Assembly: GCA_965277405.1 (NCBI GenBank)
Contig: OZ255726.1
Coordinates: 1,632,001-1,696,000 of the forward strand
Direction: 5' to 3'
Length of the DNA: 64,000 nt
Source of the DNA: Gammaproteobacteria bacterium
Lineage (GTDB): Bacteria; Pseudomonadota; Gammaproteobacteria; G965277405
The translations under genes and the position numbers were made by a program. This document shows, one piece after another, positions 42,711 to 54,869 of this stretch. The notes beneath the pieces are model-generated. The model made no database searches. It had not been told where the DNA came from and saw only the letters and a program-made list of their open reading frames with translations. Position 1 is the stretch's first letter, and each line of letters begins with the position of its first letter.

Positions 42711-44210
42711 ATGGTGTTGGGTTTTGTGTATTCGCGCACCAATCATGGAATTAGTGCTCCGCTGGTGCGGGTGGAAGCCTTTATTAGCAGCGGTCTGCCA
42801 CGTTTTGATATTGTGGGTCTGGCTGAAAAAGCAGTGCGGGAAAGCAGCGAGCGGGTGCGGTGTGCTTTACATAGCAGTGGATTTATTTTCCCCAGCGATA
42901 GCAGGATTACCATTAATTTATCTCCAGCAGATTTGCCAAAACATGGTGGGCGGTTTGATTTGGCTATTGCCTTGAGCATATTGTTGGCAACCGATCAAGC
43001 TGTCCTCAATGGTGAATTTGAGTTTTTTGGTGAGCTGGGTTTTGATGGCAGTATTCGGGCGGTACGCGGTTGCTTGCCAGCTGCGCTCGAGTGTTTTGGT
43101 GCCAAGCGGATTATTGTTGCACCCCATGCAAATATAGCAGAAATACAAGTAATCGAAGGGCTGCGGTATGTCAGTGTGCCAATGTTAGCTGAATTGGTAC
43201 CATTATTGAATGCCACGAATGCCAAGATTTGCAACCCGCGCTATATACCGCCAGCATATCAAAGTGATTTGGCAGAAATAAAAGGTCAACAGTATGCCAA
43301 ACGGGCATTAGAAGTTGCCGCAAGTGGTGGGCATCATGCGTTGATGGTCGGTGCGCCTGGCTGCGGTAAAACAATGTTGGCGCAACGCTTGCCAAGCATT
43401 TTACCACCGTTAACAATGCAAGAAAAAATTACCACTGGCTGTGTGTATTCGGTGGTTGGAGAAGCGTTTGATTGGTCGAGCATTCAACGTCCGTTTCGTG
43501 GGCCACACCATAGTGCATCGAGCGCAGCGTTGGTCGGTGGCACCAGTCAGGCAACGCCAGGTGAAATAAGTCTTGCGCACAATGGGGTGTTGTTTTTGGA
43601 TGAGGCGACTGAATACCCGCGCAAAGTACTCGATTCCTTGCGTGAGCCTTTAGAGTCTGGAGAAATTGTAATTGCTCGGGCGCATGCCAAAGTTAAATAT
43701 CCTGCACGGTTTCAGTTTATCGCGGCAATGAATCCGTGTCCATGTGGTTATTTGGGAACACCGAAGGCCTGCTGTCGCTGCAGTGACCAATCAATTGATG
43801 CGTTTCGTAACCGTTTATCTGCTCCGCTGTTGGACAGAATAGATATACAAATAGAAGTCGTGGCAACCAAGCCTGCAGATATTGTGCAAGGGACTATAGT
43901 TGAAGAAAGCAGCGCGGTTGTGCGTGAACGGGTATTGCGGTGTTGGCAATTGCAACAGCAACGCCAAGGTGTTGTGAACGCACAGATGTCTGTGAGCCAA
44001 CTTGAACAACACTGCAAGCTTGATTTAGACAACCAACAGTTGTTGATCAAAGCGATGGAGGCGTTTTCATTATCAACCAGAGGCTACAGCCGCATTGTGC
44101 GGGTGGCACGCACCATCGCCGATATGGCGGGCTTAGCAGCCATTAGCAAGCCACAATTGATTGAAGCGATGCAATATCGTAGGTTTGATACGAATACTGC
44201 TCGTATGTGA
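42711..44210 (+). CDS. comM: YifB/ComM Mg-chelatase-like AAA+ ATPase
   Basis: INLSPADLPKHGGRFDL, GAPGCGKTML, PGEISLAHNGVLFLDE, AMNPCPCG, RVARTIAD. Confidence 0.92.
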   Translation: MVLGFVYSRTNHGISAPLVRVEAFISSGLPRFDIVGLAEKAVRESSERVRCALHSSGFIFPSDSRITINLSPADLPKHGGRFDLAIALSILLATDQAVLNGEFEFFGELGFDGSIRAVRGCLPAALECFGAKRIIVAPHANIAEIQVIEGLRYVSVPMLAELVPLLNATNAKICNPRYIPPAYQSDLAEIKGQQYAKRALEVAASGGHHALMVGAPGCGKTMLAQRLPSILPPLTMQEKITTGCVYSVVGEAFDWSSIQRPFRGPHHSASSAALVGGTSQATPGEISLAHNGVLFLDEATEYPRKVLDSLREPLESGEIVIARAHAKVKYPARFQFIAAMNPCPCGYLGTPKACCRCSDQSIDAFRNRLSAPLLDRIDIQIEVVATKPADIVQGTIVEESSAVVRERVLRCWQLQQQRQGVVNAQMSVSQLEQHCKLDLDNQQLLIKAMEAFSLSTRGYSRIVRVARTIADMAGLAAISKPQLIEAMQYRRFDTNTARM

Positions 44211-44328
44211 AACAAGCGCGGATTACTATTGCGGCTGTTGTGTGCAGCACATGTATGAAATATACGAAAAAACAATATGGGTGTTGTGCTAGAAATACGT
44301 TTGGCTATGATGCGCAACGTGAATAATT

Positions 44329-44841
44329 ATGATTAAGTTTTTGGTATACGCTGTTGTCTACATGCTGATTGCGCGGCTGTGGTTGCAGCTAGCACGAGCT
44401 GATTACTATAACAGTGTTGCCCAATGGATTATCCGCTTGACGCGGCCTGTTGATATATTACAGCGGCTAATACCAAACGTTGCCAATATCAATCTTGCGG
44501 CAATAGTAGCAGCGTATAGCGTTGGGCTGGTTTTTTTGTATGCCAGTGGTGTGACTGACCCTAAAACATTGCTGCTATTCCCACTATTTCAAACAATCCA
44601 GTTATTGTGTAATTTTCTGATTTATCTCACATTGGCATCAGTCGTTATCAGTTGGGTCGCACAGGGCAGTGACCATGATGCTGTGGTTATTATTCGTCAA
44701 GCCAGCGAACCACTGTTGGGCTTGATTCGTTCTATATTGCCGTCATTCGGTGGCTTAGATTTTTCGCCAGTTGTTGTGATGTTTGGTCTGAGTTTTCTGA
44801 AAAGCGGCTTGGACAACTTGTTGTTTCAGTTGCTTGCGTAA
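44329..44841 (+). CDS. yggT: YggT-family membrane protein
   Basis: RADYYN, SEPLLGLIRSILPSFGGLDFSP. Confidence 0.88.
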   Translation: MIKFLVYAVVYMLIARLWLQLARADYYNSVAQWIIRLTRPVDILQRLIPNVANINLAAIVAAYSVGLVFLYASGVTDPKTLLLFPLFQTIQLLCNFLIYLTLASVVISWVAQGSDHDAVVIIRQASEPLLGLIRSILPSFGGLDFSPVVVMFGLSFLKSGLDNLLFQLLA

Positions 44842-45023
44842 TGTTCTGGCTTGCCGTGATTGGCGCTGTTTTGGTGTTTGAAAGCATGATGCCATTGGCA
44901 TTCCCGCGCCAATGGCTGCGGACGCTGCTGGCGCTGATGTCGACCCCCATTGTAAAACTACGGCTGTATGCAGGAATCGTTTTTATTGCAGGGTTGGCTT
45001 TGATGTGGCTGGCAACGCAGTAG
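44841..45023 (+). CDS. DUF2065 (YjeT-like) small membrane protein
   Basis: LVFESMMPLAFPRQW, LRLYAG; typical neighbour of hisZ-purA. Confidence 0.75.
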   Translation: MFWLAVIGAVLVFESMMPLAFPRQWLRTLLALMSTPIVKLRLYAGIVFIAGLALMWLATQ

Positions 45024-45032
45024 CAGATAACA

Positions 45033-47497
<2,465 letters not shown>

Positions 47498-47498
47498 T

Positions 47499-48597
47499 AT
47501 GGAAATGGAACGCAATCAAATCAACAATGAAATAAAAAATCGTTTGGCGCAAGTACACGCGCTGCGGAGGTATCTTTGACTACGATGCCAAACTGCAACG
47601 CTTGACGGAACTCAAAGATTTATTGAGCAATCAATCCTTGTGGCAGGACCGACAACGCGCACAACAACTCAGCAAAGAGGAAGCACACATTGATCGAGTC
47701 ATTACCCCGATCAATCAAGCCTTGCAACAGCTCGACGCGCTCGACGAGTTGTTGGAAATGGCGTGCATGGAAAATGACGATGCAGTTATTGCAGATGTTG
47801 TTGCGGATTTGCAAGGCGTGGGCAAAACTATTGATGATTTAGAGTTTCAGCGGATGTTCAATAATCCACATGACCCAGCCAATGCGTATATCGACATCCA
47901 AGCAGGATCTGGGGGCACCGAAGCGCAGGATTGGGCAAATATGTTGTTGCGGATGTATTTGCGCTGGGCGGAGTCGCATCAGTTTAAAACAGAAATGCTC
48001 GATTATTCACACGGCGATGTAGCTGGCATTAAAAACGCAACAATTTTGGTGAGCGGGTCGTACGCGTTTGGTTGGGCACGCACAGAAACAGGGGTCCATC
48101 GCTTGGTGCGCAAATCACCATTTGATTCAAACAGCAAACGCCATACTTCATTTGCCTCGGTATTTGTCTCACCAGAAATTAACGATGATATTGAAATCGA
48201 TGTCAACCCAGCAGATTTGCGGGTCGATACTTATCGCTCCAGCGGTGCAGGTGGGCAGCATGTCAACACCACAGATTCTGCGGTGCGGATTACCCATCTG
48301 CCAACGGCAACGGTTGTCCAATGCCAAAACCAGCGCTCACAGCATCAAAACCGTGATAAAGCGATGCAGCAGTTGCGCGCCAAGTTGTATGAAATTGAAA
48401 TGCTAAAACAACGCGCGGAGCGCGATGAGGTAGAAGCCAATAAATCTGACATTGGTTGGGGCAGCCAAATTCGTTCATATGTCCTTGATGATGCGCGGAT
48501 TAAAGACTTGCGCACGGGGCATGAAACAGGCAATACTCAAGCGGTATTGAATGGTGATATTGACGCTTTTCTTATTGAAAGTCTGCGGACTTTATAA
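47499..48597 (+). CDS. prfB: Peptide chain release factor 2 with programmed +1 frameshift
   Basis: ORF1 from 47499 ends GGAGG-TAT-CTT-TGA-C; the +1 frame continues with SPF and GGQ motifs. Confidence 0.96.
47566..47580 (+). promoter_or_regulatory. prfB +1 ribosomal frameshift site
   Basis: Internal SD GGAGG followed by TAT CTT TGA C. Confidence 0.95.
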
Positions 48598-49244
48598 TGG
48601 CGCAGCAGCAACGTATCATCCCATCCCATGCTGGATTAGCGCTTGAACTTAGGCATGATGATTTTGGTATGCATCCACGTGCCATGGTTGTTTGTCATCC
48701 GCTGCCTACTGCAGGCGGTTCCATGGATAATAAAGTTGTCACGACAGTCCAGCGAGCCGCCCAATTGTGTGACATGCCGTGTGTGCGCTTTAATTTTCGA
48801 GGTGTTGGCAACAGTACCGGCACCTTTGATAATGGCGTTGGAGAAACCACAGATTTGCAGTCAACTGTAGCTTGGCTTGCCAACAACAGCAGCGTTGCAT
48901 CAATCCTGCTGGCGGGATTCTCGTTTGGAGCTGCAGTAGCGCTGCGCGGTGTTGAGATGCTGGCGCTACCTGTCTGGCACTTGTTGCTAGTCGCTCCGCC
49001 AATAGGAGTCAAAGAATATGTGTTTACTGAGCAATTGACTGTTCCAGCAACAATTATTCAAGGTGATGCTGATGAAATTGTTGATGCGAATAATGTGTTT
49101 AAATGGTCGCAACGTTGCGTGCCAGCGCCACAGGTTGTGCGGATGGTTGGTGCGAGTCATTTTTTTCATAGACGCTTGGTTGAGTTGCGCCAGCATGTGA
49201 TAGATGAGGTGCTGCGACCTGCTCAGAAAACTCTGACTAAGTAG
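48597..49244 (+). CDS. Alpha/beta hydrolase
   Basis: CHPLP, GGSMDNKVV, RFNFRGVG, GFSFG nucleophile elbow, QGDADEIV, HFF. Confidence 0.9.
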   Translation: MAQQQRIIPSHAGLALELRHDDFGMHPRAMVVCHPLPTAGGSMDNKVVTTVQRAAQLCDMPCVRFNFRGVGNSTGTFDNGVGETTDLQSTVAWLANNSSVASILLAGFSFGAAVALRGVEMLALPVWHLLLVAPPIGVKEYVFTEQLTVPATIIQGDADEIVDANNVFKWSQRCVPAPQVVRMVGASHFFHRRLVELRQHVIDEVLRPAQKTLTK

Positions 49245-49446
49245 CCGATGAAGTGAGTTTGTTAGCAGATGCTGTTGTTGATGCCCGCACCATCACGAAC
49301 ACTTCTTTATGGTAATTGTGCGCGTGGAGTTTTGCAGCGATAGCGTTTGAAATTTGCAGTATTCATCGATATAATTCCTAGCAAACAGGTGTTGTTCTTG
49401 CTGGTAACATGTATTATTCGCAATATTTTACATTTAAATTGGAGTT

Positions 49447-50037
49447 ATGGGCATTATGTATACTAATAGAATTGCTTCACAGGTATTGATTGTCGGTAGT
49501 GTTTTGCTGGCGGGCTGTTCATCTTCCCCTACCGTTCCCACGCAGGAAAAATGCGTGTTTCCAGACGCTGCGGGTGGTGATGCTCCACTGTGGGTGTGTC
49601 ATGAGCGTCTTGATGGTGGCCCAAAATTTCAAGCAATGGGAAGTTCACGACTAGGAGGAAACCGTTCACTAGCTGAGTCAAAAGCAACGGCTGTTGCACA
49701 GGTTAAATTGGCGCGGCGGATGAACAGCTCCATAAAAAACATGCTTGAAGGCTATGCCGCTGAAGTGGTATCAACCGATGGCGATGTTATCAACACAGAT
49801 AGCTTTGAAGAAACAACTCGGATTACAGTGAAGCAAAATATTATCGGCAGCCACATTATTCGAAAAGTGGTTAGTTCTAGCGGAGACGAACTGTATGTAC
49901 TGATGGTAATGAATCCTGCTGATGTTAAGGAGGTGGTAGGCGAAGTTATCGATGTACTGGAACAGGAAAATAATCTGTTAAAGGGTAAGATGAACCTAGG
50001 CAATGCAATGAAACGCCTCGATGAGAAGGTGCAATAG
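49447..50037 (+). CDS. LPP20-like lipoprotein
   Basis: Lipobox LLAGC, CxFPD...APLWVC, helical AESKATAVAQVKLA, LYVLM strand. Confidence 0.75.
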   Translation: MGIMYTNRIASQVLIVGSVLLAGCSSSPTVPTQEKCVFPDAAGGDAPLWVCHERLDGGPKFQAMGSSRLGGNRSLAESKATAVAQVKLARRMNSSIKNMLEGYAAEVVSTDGDVINTDSFEETTRITVKQNIIGSHIIRKVVSSSGDELYVLMVMNPADVKEVVGEVIDVLEQENNLLKGKMNLGNAMKRLDEKVQ

Positions 50038-50041
50038 GTCG

Positions 50042-50109
50042 TTAGTGCCTGCATAGTCGTTAGCGTCCGCATAGTTAGCGCCCACATATATTATATTAGC
50101 GTCCACATA
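50042..50109. repeat. Four imperfect TTAGCGTCC(G/A)CATA repeats
   Basis: Units at about 50042, 50060, 50075 and 50096. Confidence 0.7.
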
Positions 50110-50120
50110 TAAATGCCGCC

Positions 50121-50498
50121 ATGCGCCATTGTTTGTTGTTTGCTTTGGTATTGCTTCTTCCATCTTGCACACTATTTCAACCGCATCCTCCTGAATGGAT
50201 GAACAATCCACCAGCAAACAGCGGAGTTGGCATTGCTGGACCGAACATAGGCGGCATTCCCGCACAAATCAGCTTAGCAACCCACCGAGCCAGTATTGAT
50301 TATGCAAAAAGGAAAGGGTATCTGGTTGAATCATCAACTCTGGTTCGCGCTGGTGCTGATGGGAAGATTGAATGGGAAGAGCTAGAGGAGAATAGCAACG
50401 GGACTATGGAGGCAACTAAAGTGCAGGTAGAAGTGCGAGAACGTTGGTACGATGGGCATACCAACTACTATGTTCTGGTTACGGCAGTGGATGAGTGA
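50121..50498 (+). CDS. Small lipoprotein (LPP20-like)
   Basis: Lipobox LLPSC, PEWMNNPP, GVGIA, QISLATHRA, YYVLV. Confidence 0.7.
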   Translation: MRHCLLFALVLLLPSCTLFQPHPPEWMNNPPANSGVGIAGPNIGGIPAQISLATHRASIDYAKRKGYLVESSTLVRAGADGKIEWEELEENSNGTMEATKVQVEVRERWYDGHTNYYVLVTAVDE

Positions 50499-50636
50499 TG
50501 GGGTTTTAGTTGGTATTCTAACCATTCATCCAATATTGATTGTTTGTAGGTTTGATTCAGCATTCTGGCAACGTGTGTTGCAACGAAAAATGCAAGTGAT
50601 GAGTGATATTCACCAGTTTAAACGCCCAGCTAATAA

Positions 50637-50651
50637 GGAATCGCTGATTAA
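50637..50651. repeat. Solo MITE-like end
   Basis: TAA|GGAATCGCTGATTAA, the exact reverse complement of the variant end at 29108-29122. Confidence 0.6.
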
Positions 50652-50825
50652 GCAGATGATTGGCATATGTCGTGTAAACCACTGCCAACGTTGTCAAACT
50701 ATTGAAATATACTGAATGTTTTCGTACACTTGTCTGTGATTTTTGCTGTCTTTGCTCTAGCATAGTCTCTATAGCGTAACAATTGTGCAGATTGATCAAT
50801 ACAACGCCACAGGAGGGGGACGTTC

Positions 50826-53702
50826 ATGCGAAACACCACACTCAGTACAACAGTAACTAGATTTGCCGTGTTCGTCAGTTGTATCCTGTTAGCCGTAGGC
50901 TGCGCTACACAGCAGGCTACACAGCACAAGCCACAGCAGGCTAGTCAACAGCACCAGCTACAGCAGGCAAAAAAACAGCACCAGCTACAGCAAGCTCAAC
51001 AGCACCAGCCCAACGCAGAGTTGCGGAACGCCACCAGAGTGGCGTTCAAGGAGCGAATCCGTGTTATTAAGCTGTTGCGCACCATTAATGGGCATAGTAA
51101 CCATGTATACTCAGTCGCCTTCAGTCCAGATGGTAAGACCCTCGCCAGCGGATCTCGCGATGGTATTCTCAAACTCTGGAATCCGCGCAGCGGTAAGTTG
51201 TTGCGCTCCATGAATGGGCATAATAGTGACATGGTAACGTCAGTCGCCTTTAGTCCAGATGGTCAGACCTTCGCCAGCGGATCTGGGGATAATACTATCA
51301 AACTCTGGAATCCGCGCAGCGGCAAGCTGTTGCGCACCATTAATGGGCATAGTGACCATGTAGACTCAGTCGCCTTCAGTCCAGATGGTAAGACCCTCGC
51401 CAGCGGATCTCGCGATGGTATTCTCAAACTCTGGAATCCGCGCAGCGGTAAGTTGTTGCGCTCCATTAATGGGCATAATAGTTACATGGTAACGTCAGTC
51501 GCCTTTAGTCCAGATGGTAAGACCCTCGCCAGCGGATCTCGCGATGGTATTCTCAAACTCTGGAATACGCGCAGCGGCAAGTTATTGCGCACCCTGAATG
51601 GGCATAGTGACCATCTATACTCAGTCGCCTTCAGTCCAGATGGTAAGACCCTCGCCAGCGGATCTCGCGATGGTATTCTCAAACTCTGGAATCCGCGCAG
51701 CGGTAAGTTGTTGCGCACCATGAATGGGCATAATAGTCACATGGTAACGTCAATCGCCTTTAGTCCAGATGGTAAGACCCTCGCCAGCGGATCTGGGGAT
51801 AATACTATCAAACTCTGGAATCCGCGCAGCGGTAAGTTGTTGGGCACCACTAAAGTGCAGAGTAACGATGTATTTTCAGTCGCCTTCAGTCCAGCTGGAA
51901 CCCTCGCCAGCGGATCTACTGATAATACTATCAAACTCTGGCAATTACCACCGAGGCTAGATGCCAATGACTTGAATAATGACTGGAATAAGTTTGTCGT
52001 CAGTTGGAATCGTGGCGACGCAGGGCTAATAGAATTGTACCAGCTACAACGCAAATACCCAGAGGATGCCGTCATAGGCGATGCATACGTCAAAGCGAGT
52101 GTCGCTAGCCCCTACGAAAGTGGCCGAGTTGCTGTTTATTTGCACCGGCGGCAGCTTGACAGCACTAGCTGGCGGACAACTACCGCCTTTATCCAACAAC
52201 TGGCTTCTGACTGGCTCAACCTTAAGGAAATAATCAAACCAGCGAAAATCATAATGCCTACGTTACCGCCAGCTGTAGAGCTGACACAGGAAAATTGGGA
52301 AGGGGATAGTGAATTCGAAACTCGAGTTGCTCAGCTGAACAAGGCGCGTCAAGCGCGGATAAACCAACTTCAAGCAGACTACAGACACAAGGTCGAAGTG
52401 CGCAACAGCAAAGTTAGCAAGCTTGAACGCCTACAACAGCAACGCCATAATCAACTAGCAAGCTATGTACAAGGCATACTTGATTATAGCCTTGAAACGC
52501 AGCCGCCAGCACTAGACAAAGTAATAATCAACCAACAAACACTTGATCTTTATGCTGATCTGGTGTTCAAAGGAACCCTTGTTGGTCGCTATAAACTGGC
52601 GCAGGCGCCACTGAAGCTGCGCAAACAGGCTATGACTAACAGCAAAAGTGTGAAAGTTCTACCAAATATTGAGTTAAGCGACACCAATGATTTTCGTGTA
52701 ACTTCAATCACTATCTTGCATGATGATCAAAGATGGCTAGCGCAGGCAAGCGAGCAGCAGCTACAACACACGAATACCCCTTTGGTTGCTACCATCGGCA
52801 ACGCCGGCGAAACGCGTGAACTGAGTAGTATCTCCCTACTGCAAAAGCAAAACCCCAACCTAGTCGATGTCAACTCAGTGGGGACGGTTCAGTACAAAGA
52901 CGGCACCACAGCACTCACCCGCTATCAAGACGATCTCACTCCGCTGGTGCAACAATTAGCCCAAGCACCAATAGACCAAAGCAAATGGCTGTTCGTCATC
53001 GGTGCAGAACGCTATCAGGAGACAGATAACATCCTTTTTGCCAGAAGAAGTGCCGAGAACTTTGCCCTCGCCGCCAAAAAATCACTTGGCATCGACGCTG
53101 GTCACACCATCACCCTCTACGACGAGCAGGCAACCAGTGGACAGATCAAAACCAAGCTCAAAAAGCTGCTGCGTGATGGCATTAGTTCAGGTGACAGCAT
53201 TATCATTTACTACAATGGTCACGGCTTGCCGGTCAGAGAACAGGACGATACCCCCTATATGCTGCCGACCGATATGATTCCCGACTTTGTCAGCGATGAG
53301 CCTTTTTTTAAACTTGAAAATATGTATGCTTTACTCGCTAAATCGAAAGCAGGCAACGCAATAGTGATAATGGACAGTTGCTTTACTGGCGGCGCGGACG
53401 GCAGGTCAGTCATCAAAGGTGTGGCAGCAGCGAGGCTATCACCAAAAAAACTTTTGATAGACAAGAGCAAACTCATCGTTATGACAGCAGGGACAGACAA
53501 GCAATACTCCACCGCCTTCAAAGACAAAGGCTACCGACTTTTTAGCTACTACCTGATTAAAAGGCTGGTAGCAAACAAACCGCAAACGGTTGAAGATTGG
53601 TTTGAATCGGTACAAAGTCAGGTCAAAACAACTTCGCGCCAAATAGGAGGCTCGCTCAGCTATCAGGATCCGCAGTTGCTGGGGAGCAATCAGCAGCTAT
53701 AG
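50826..53702 (+). CDS. Lipoprotein with 7 WD40 repeats, coiled coil and C-terminal caspase-like (peptidase C14) domain
   Basis: AGGAGG RBS, lipobox LAVGC, seven (GH)...SVAFSP...LASGS...KLW repeats, FVIGAERY, YYNGHG (His), IMDSCFTG (Cys), QDPQL. Confidence 0.9.
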   Translation: MRNTTLSTTVTRFAVFVSCILLAVGCATQQATQHKPQQASQQHQLQQAKKQHQLQQAQQHQPNAELRNATRVAFKERIRVIKLLRTINGHSNHVYSVAFSPDGKTLASGSRDGILKLWNPRSGKLLRSMNGHNSDMVTSVAFSPDGQTFASGSGDNTIKLWNPRSGKLLRTINGHSDHVDSVAFSPDGKTLASGSRDGILKLWNPRSGKLLRSINGHNSYMVTSVAFSPDGKTLASGSRDGILKLWNTRSGKLLRTLNGHSDHLYSVAFSPDGKTLASGSRDGILKLWNPRSGKLLRTMNGHNSHMVTSIAFSPDGKTLASGSGDNTIKLWNPRSGKLLGTTKVQSNDVFSVAFSPAGTLASGSTDNTIKLWQLPPRLDANDLNNDWNKFVVSWNRGDAGLIELYQLQRKYPEDAVIGDAYVKASVASPYESGRVAVYLHRRQLDSTSWRTTTAFIQQLASDWLNLKEIIKPAKIIMPTLPPAVELTQENWEGDSEFETRVAQLNKARQARINQLQADYRHKVEVRNSKVSKLERLQQQRHNQLASYVQGILDYSLETQPPALDKVIINQQTLDLYADLVFKGTLVGRYKLAQAPLKLRKQAMTNSKSVKVLPNIELSDTNDFRVTSITILHDDQRWLAQASEQQLQHTNTPLVATIGNAGETRELSSISLLQKQNPNLVDVNSVGTVQYKDGTTALTRYQDDLTPLVQQLAQAPIDQSKWLFVIGAERYQETDNILFARRSAENFALAAKKSLGIDAGHTITLYDEQATSGQIKTKLKKLLRDGISSGDSIIIYYNGHGLPVREQDDTPYMLPTDMIPDFVSDEPFFKLENMYALLAKSKAGNAIVIMDSCFTGGADGRSVIKGVAAARLSPKKLLIDKSKLIVMTAGTDKQYSTAFKDKGYRLFSYYLIKRLVANKPQTVEDWFESVQSQVKTTSRQIGGSLSYQDPQLLGSNQQL
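51075..51940 (+). repeat. Intragenic WD40 tandem array with alternating 126/129-bp units
   Basis: Unit starts at 51075, 51201, 51330, 51456, 51585, 51711, 51840; near-identical at the DNA level. Confidence 0.95.
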
Positions 53703-53719
53703 CACAAGCCAGACAAAGC

Positions 53720-54772
53720 ATGCAATCTCCTTGGCAGTTTGTCTGTATGGCAATACTCCTAAGTTGTTGCGCCACAAACACACCAACCCTAGAATATCCG
53801 CAGTGGTACAAAAGATTACCGCAGCAGCAAGGGATAGTGATTGGCTATGGCTATGGTTTGACAAAACAAGAAGCTCGGTACAAGTCTTTTGATCATCTTC
53901 GTAACCAGCTGGGCGTCAGCGTACATTCCACTCAGGTTTTTTCTGAGTTTGAACGAATTACTAACATTGGCATTGATGAGTTCAGCGATACAAGGGCAGC
54001 AGAAGTAATTATTAATGCGGATATACACGGAGCCGTCCTGCGTAAGGCTGAGCAACGAGGCAGTTATTATTTCATCGCTTACAGCACTGATATCAGGTCG
54101 GTTCGGTCGCGTATTCTCGAAACCCCCAGTCTTTGTCAAGGAGCAAAGGCTGTCGGAATACACAGGCAGCAAAGCCTAACAGGTTTCAAGCCATTCGCAC
54201 CAATCACCCGAGATTTACAAGCAGATGGTTGCCCAGACAACTGGACTCTACAACGGCTGAATAATTCATGGTCTATTGAATTGGCGGGACACAGTTTCCA
54301 GCTACCGAATGAGCAACTATGGCGTCTTACCCTTGCTATAGACAAGACAGATGAACTTACACTGCTTGACGATAAACATCATGAACAGGAGAGTTTTCGT
54401 GCTGGTGAGCGTTATTTCGTTTCCTATAACAAACCAGTTAATAGCAACATGTACCTTTTTCTCGTTAACGAACTTGGTCAGGTTAATCTACTTGATCAAT
54501 CCGAGGCCAAACAGCTACGCCGTGAGCGCTGGTTGTACCCCAATCCCGATAAATACGCTGGTGGTTTGATCGCAGCACCGAACTCAAGTGGATCAATACA
54601 TAATGACTTAATAGTGGCAGCCGCTTGTCCTGAGACTATCCACTATCATTTTTCCTCCCTGACAAGTGCAAAACCTGACCTTGCCGATGAAAGACTGTAT
54701 GTTCTGGACCGATTGATCAAGGAAGTTGAGCATTGTTTGGTACATATGAGAAGCCTCAGGATAGTATTATAA
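53720..54772 (+). CDS. Lipoprotein with LPP20-like N-terminus and DUF4384-like C-terminal domain
   Basis: Lipobox LLSC, YPQWY, GYGYG, EAR; FRAGERYFVSY, MYLFLVNELGQVNLL, YPN. Confidence 0.65.
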   Translation: MQSPWQFVCMAILLSCCATNTPTLEYPQWYKRLPQQQGIVIGYGYGLTKQEARYKSFDHLRNQLGVSVHSTQVFSEFERITNIGIDEFSDTRAAEVIINADIHGAVLRKAEQRGSYYFIAYSTDIRSVRSRILETPSLCQGAKAVGIHRQQSLTGFKPFAPITRDLQADGCPDNWTLQRLNNSWSIELAGHSFQLPNEQLWRLTLAIDKTDELTLLDDKHHEQESFRAGERYFVSYNKPVNSNMYLFLVNELGQVNLLDQSEAKQLRRERWLYPNPDKYAGGLIAAPNSSGSIHNDLIVAAACPETIHYHFSSLTSAKPDLADERLYVLDRLIKEVEHCLVHMRSLRIVL

Positions 54773-54869
54773 TGTTCAGGTGAAGCACTGAGTGTTGCGG
54801 TCGGATGTTATATGCAGATATGCTATGCTGGTCAACCCTGACCATTAGCCACATAACCATGAGAAAAAT

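Noticed and set aside
47499-47601. prfB as a pseudogene or novel recoding event
   Set aside because: Canonical RF2 CTT-TGA +1 programmed frameshift.
51075-51940. Tandem array as a CRISPR or DGR template/variable repeat pair
   Set aside because: Units are in-frame WD40 coding repeats, differences are not adenine-specific, and there is no reverse transcriptase in the window.
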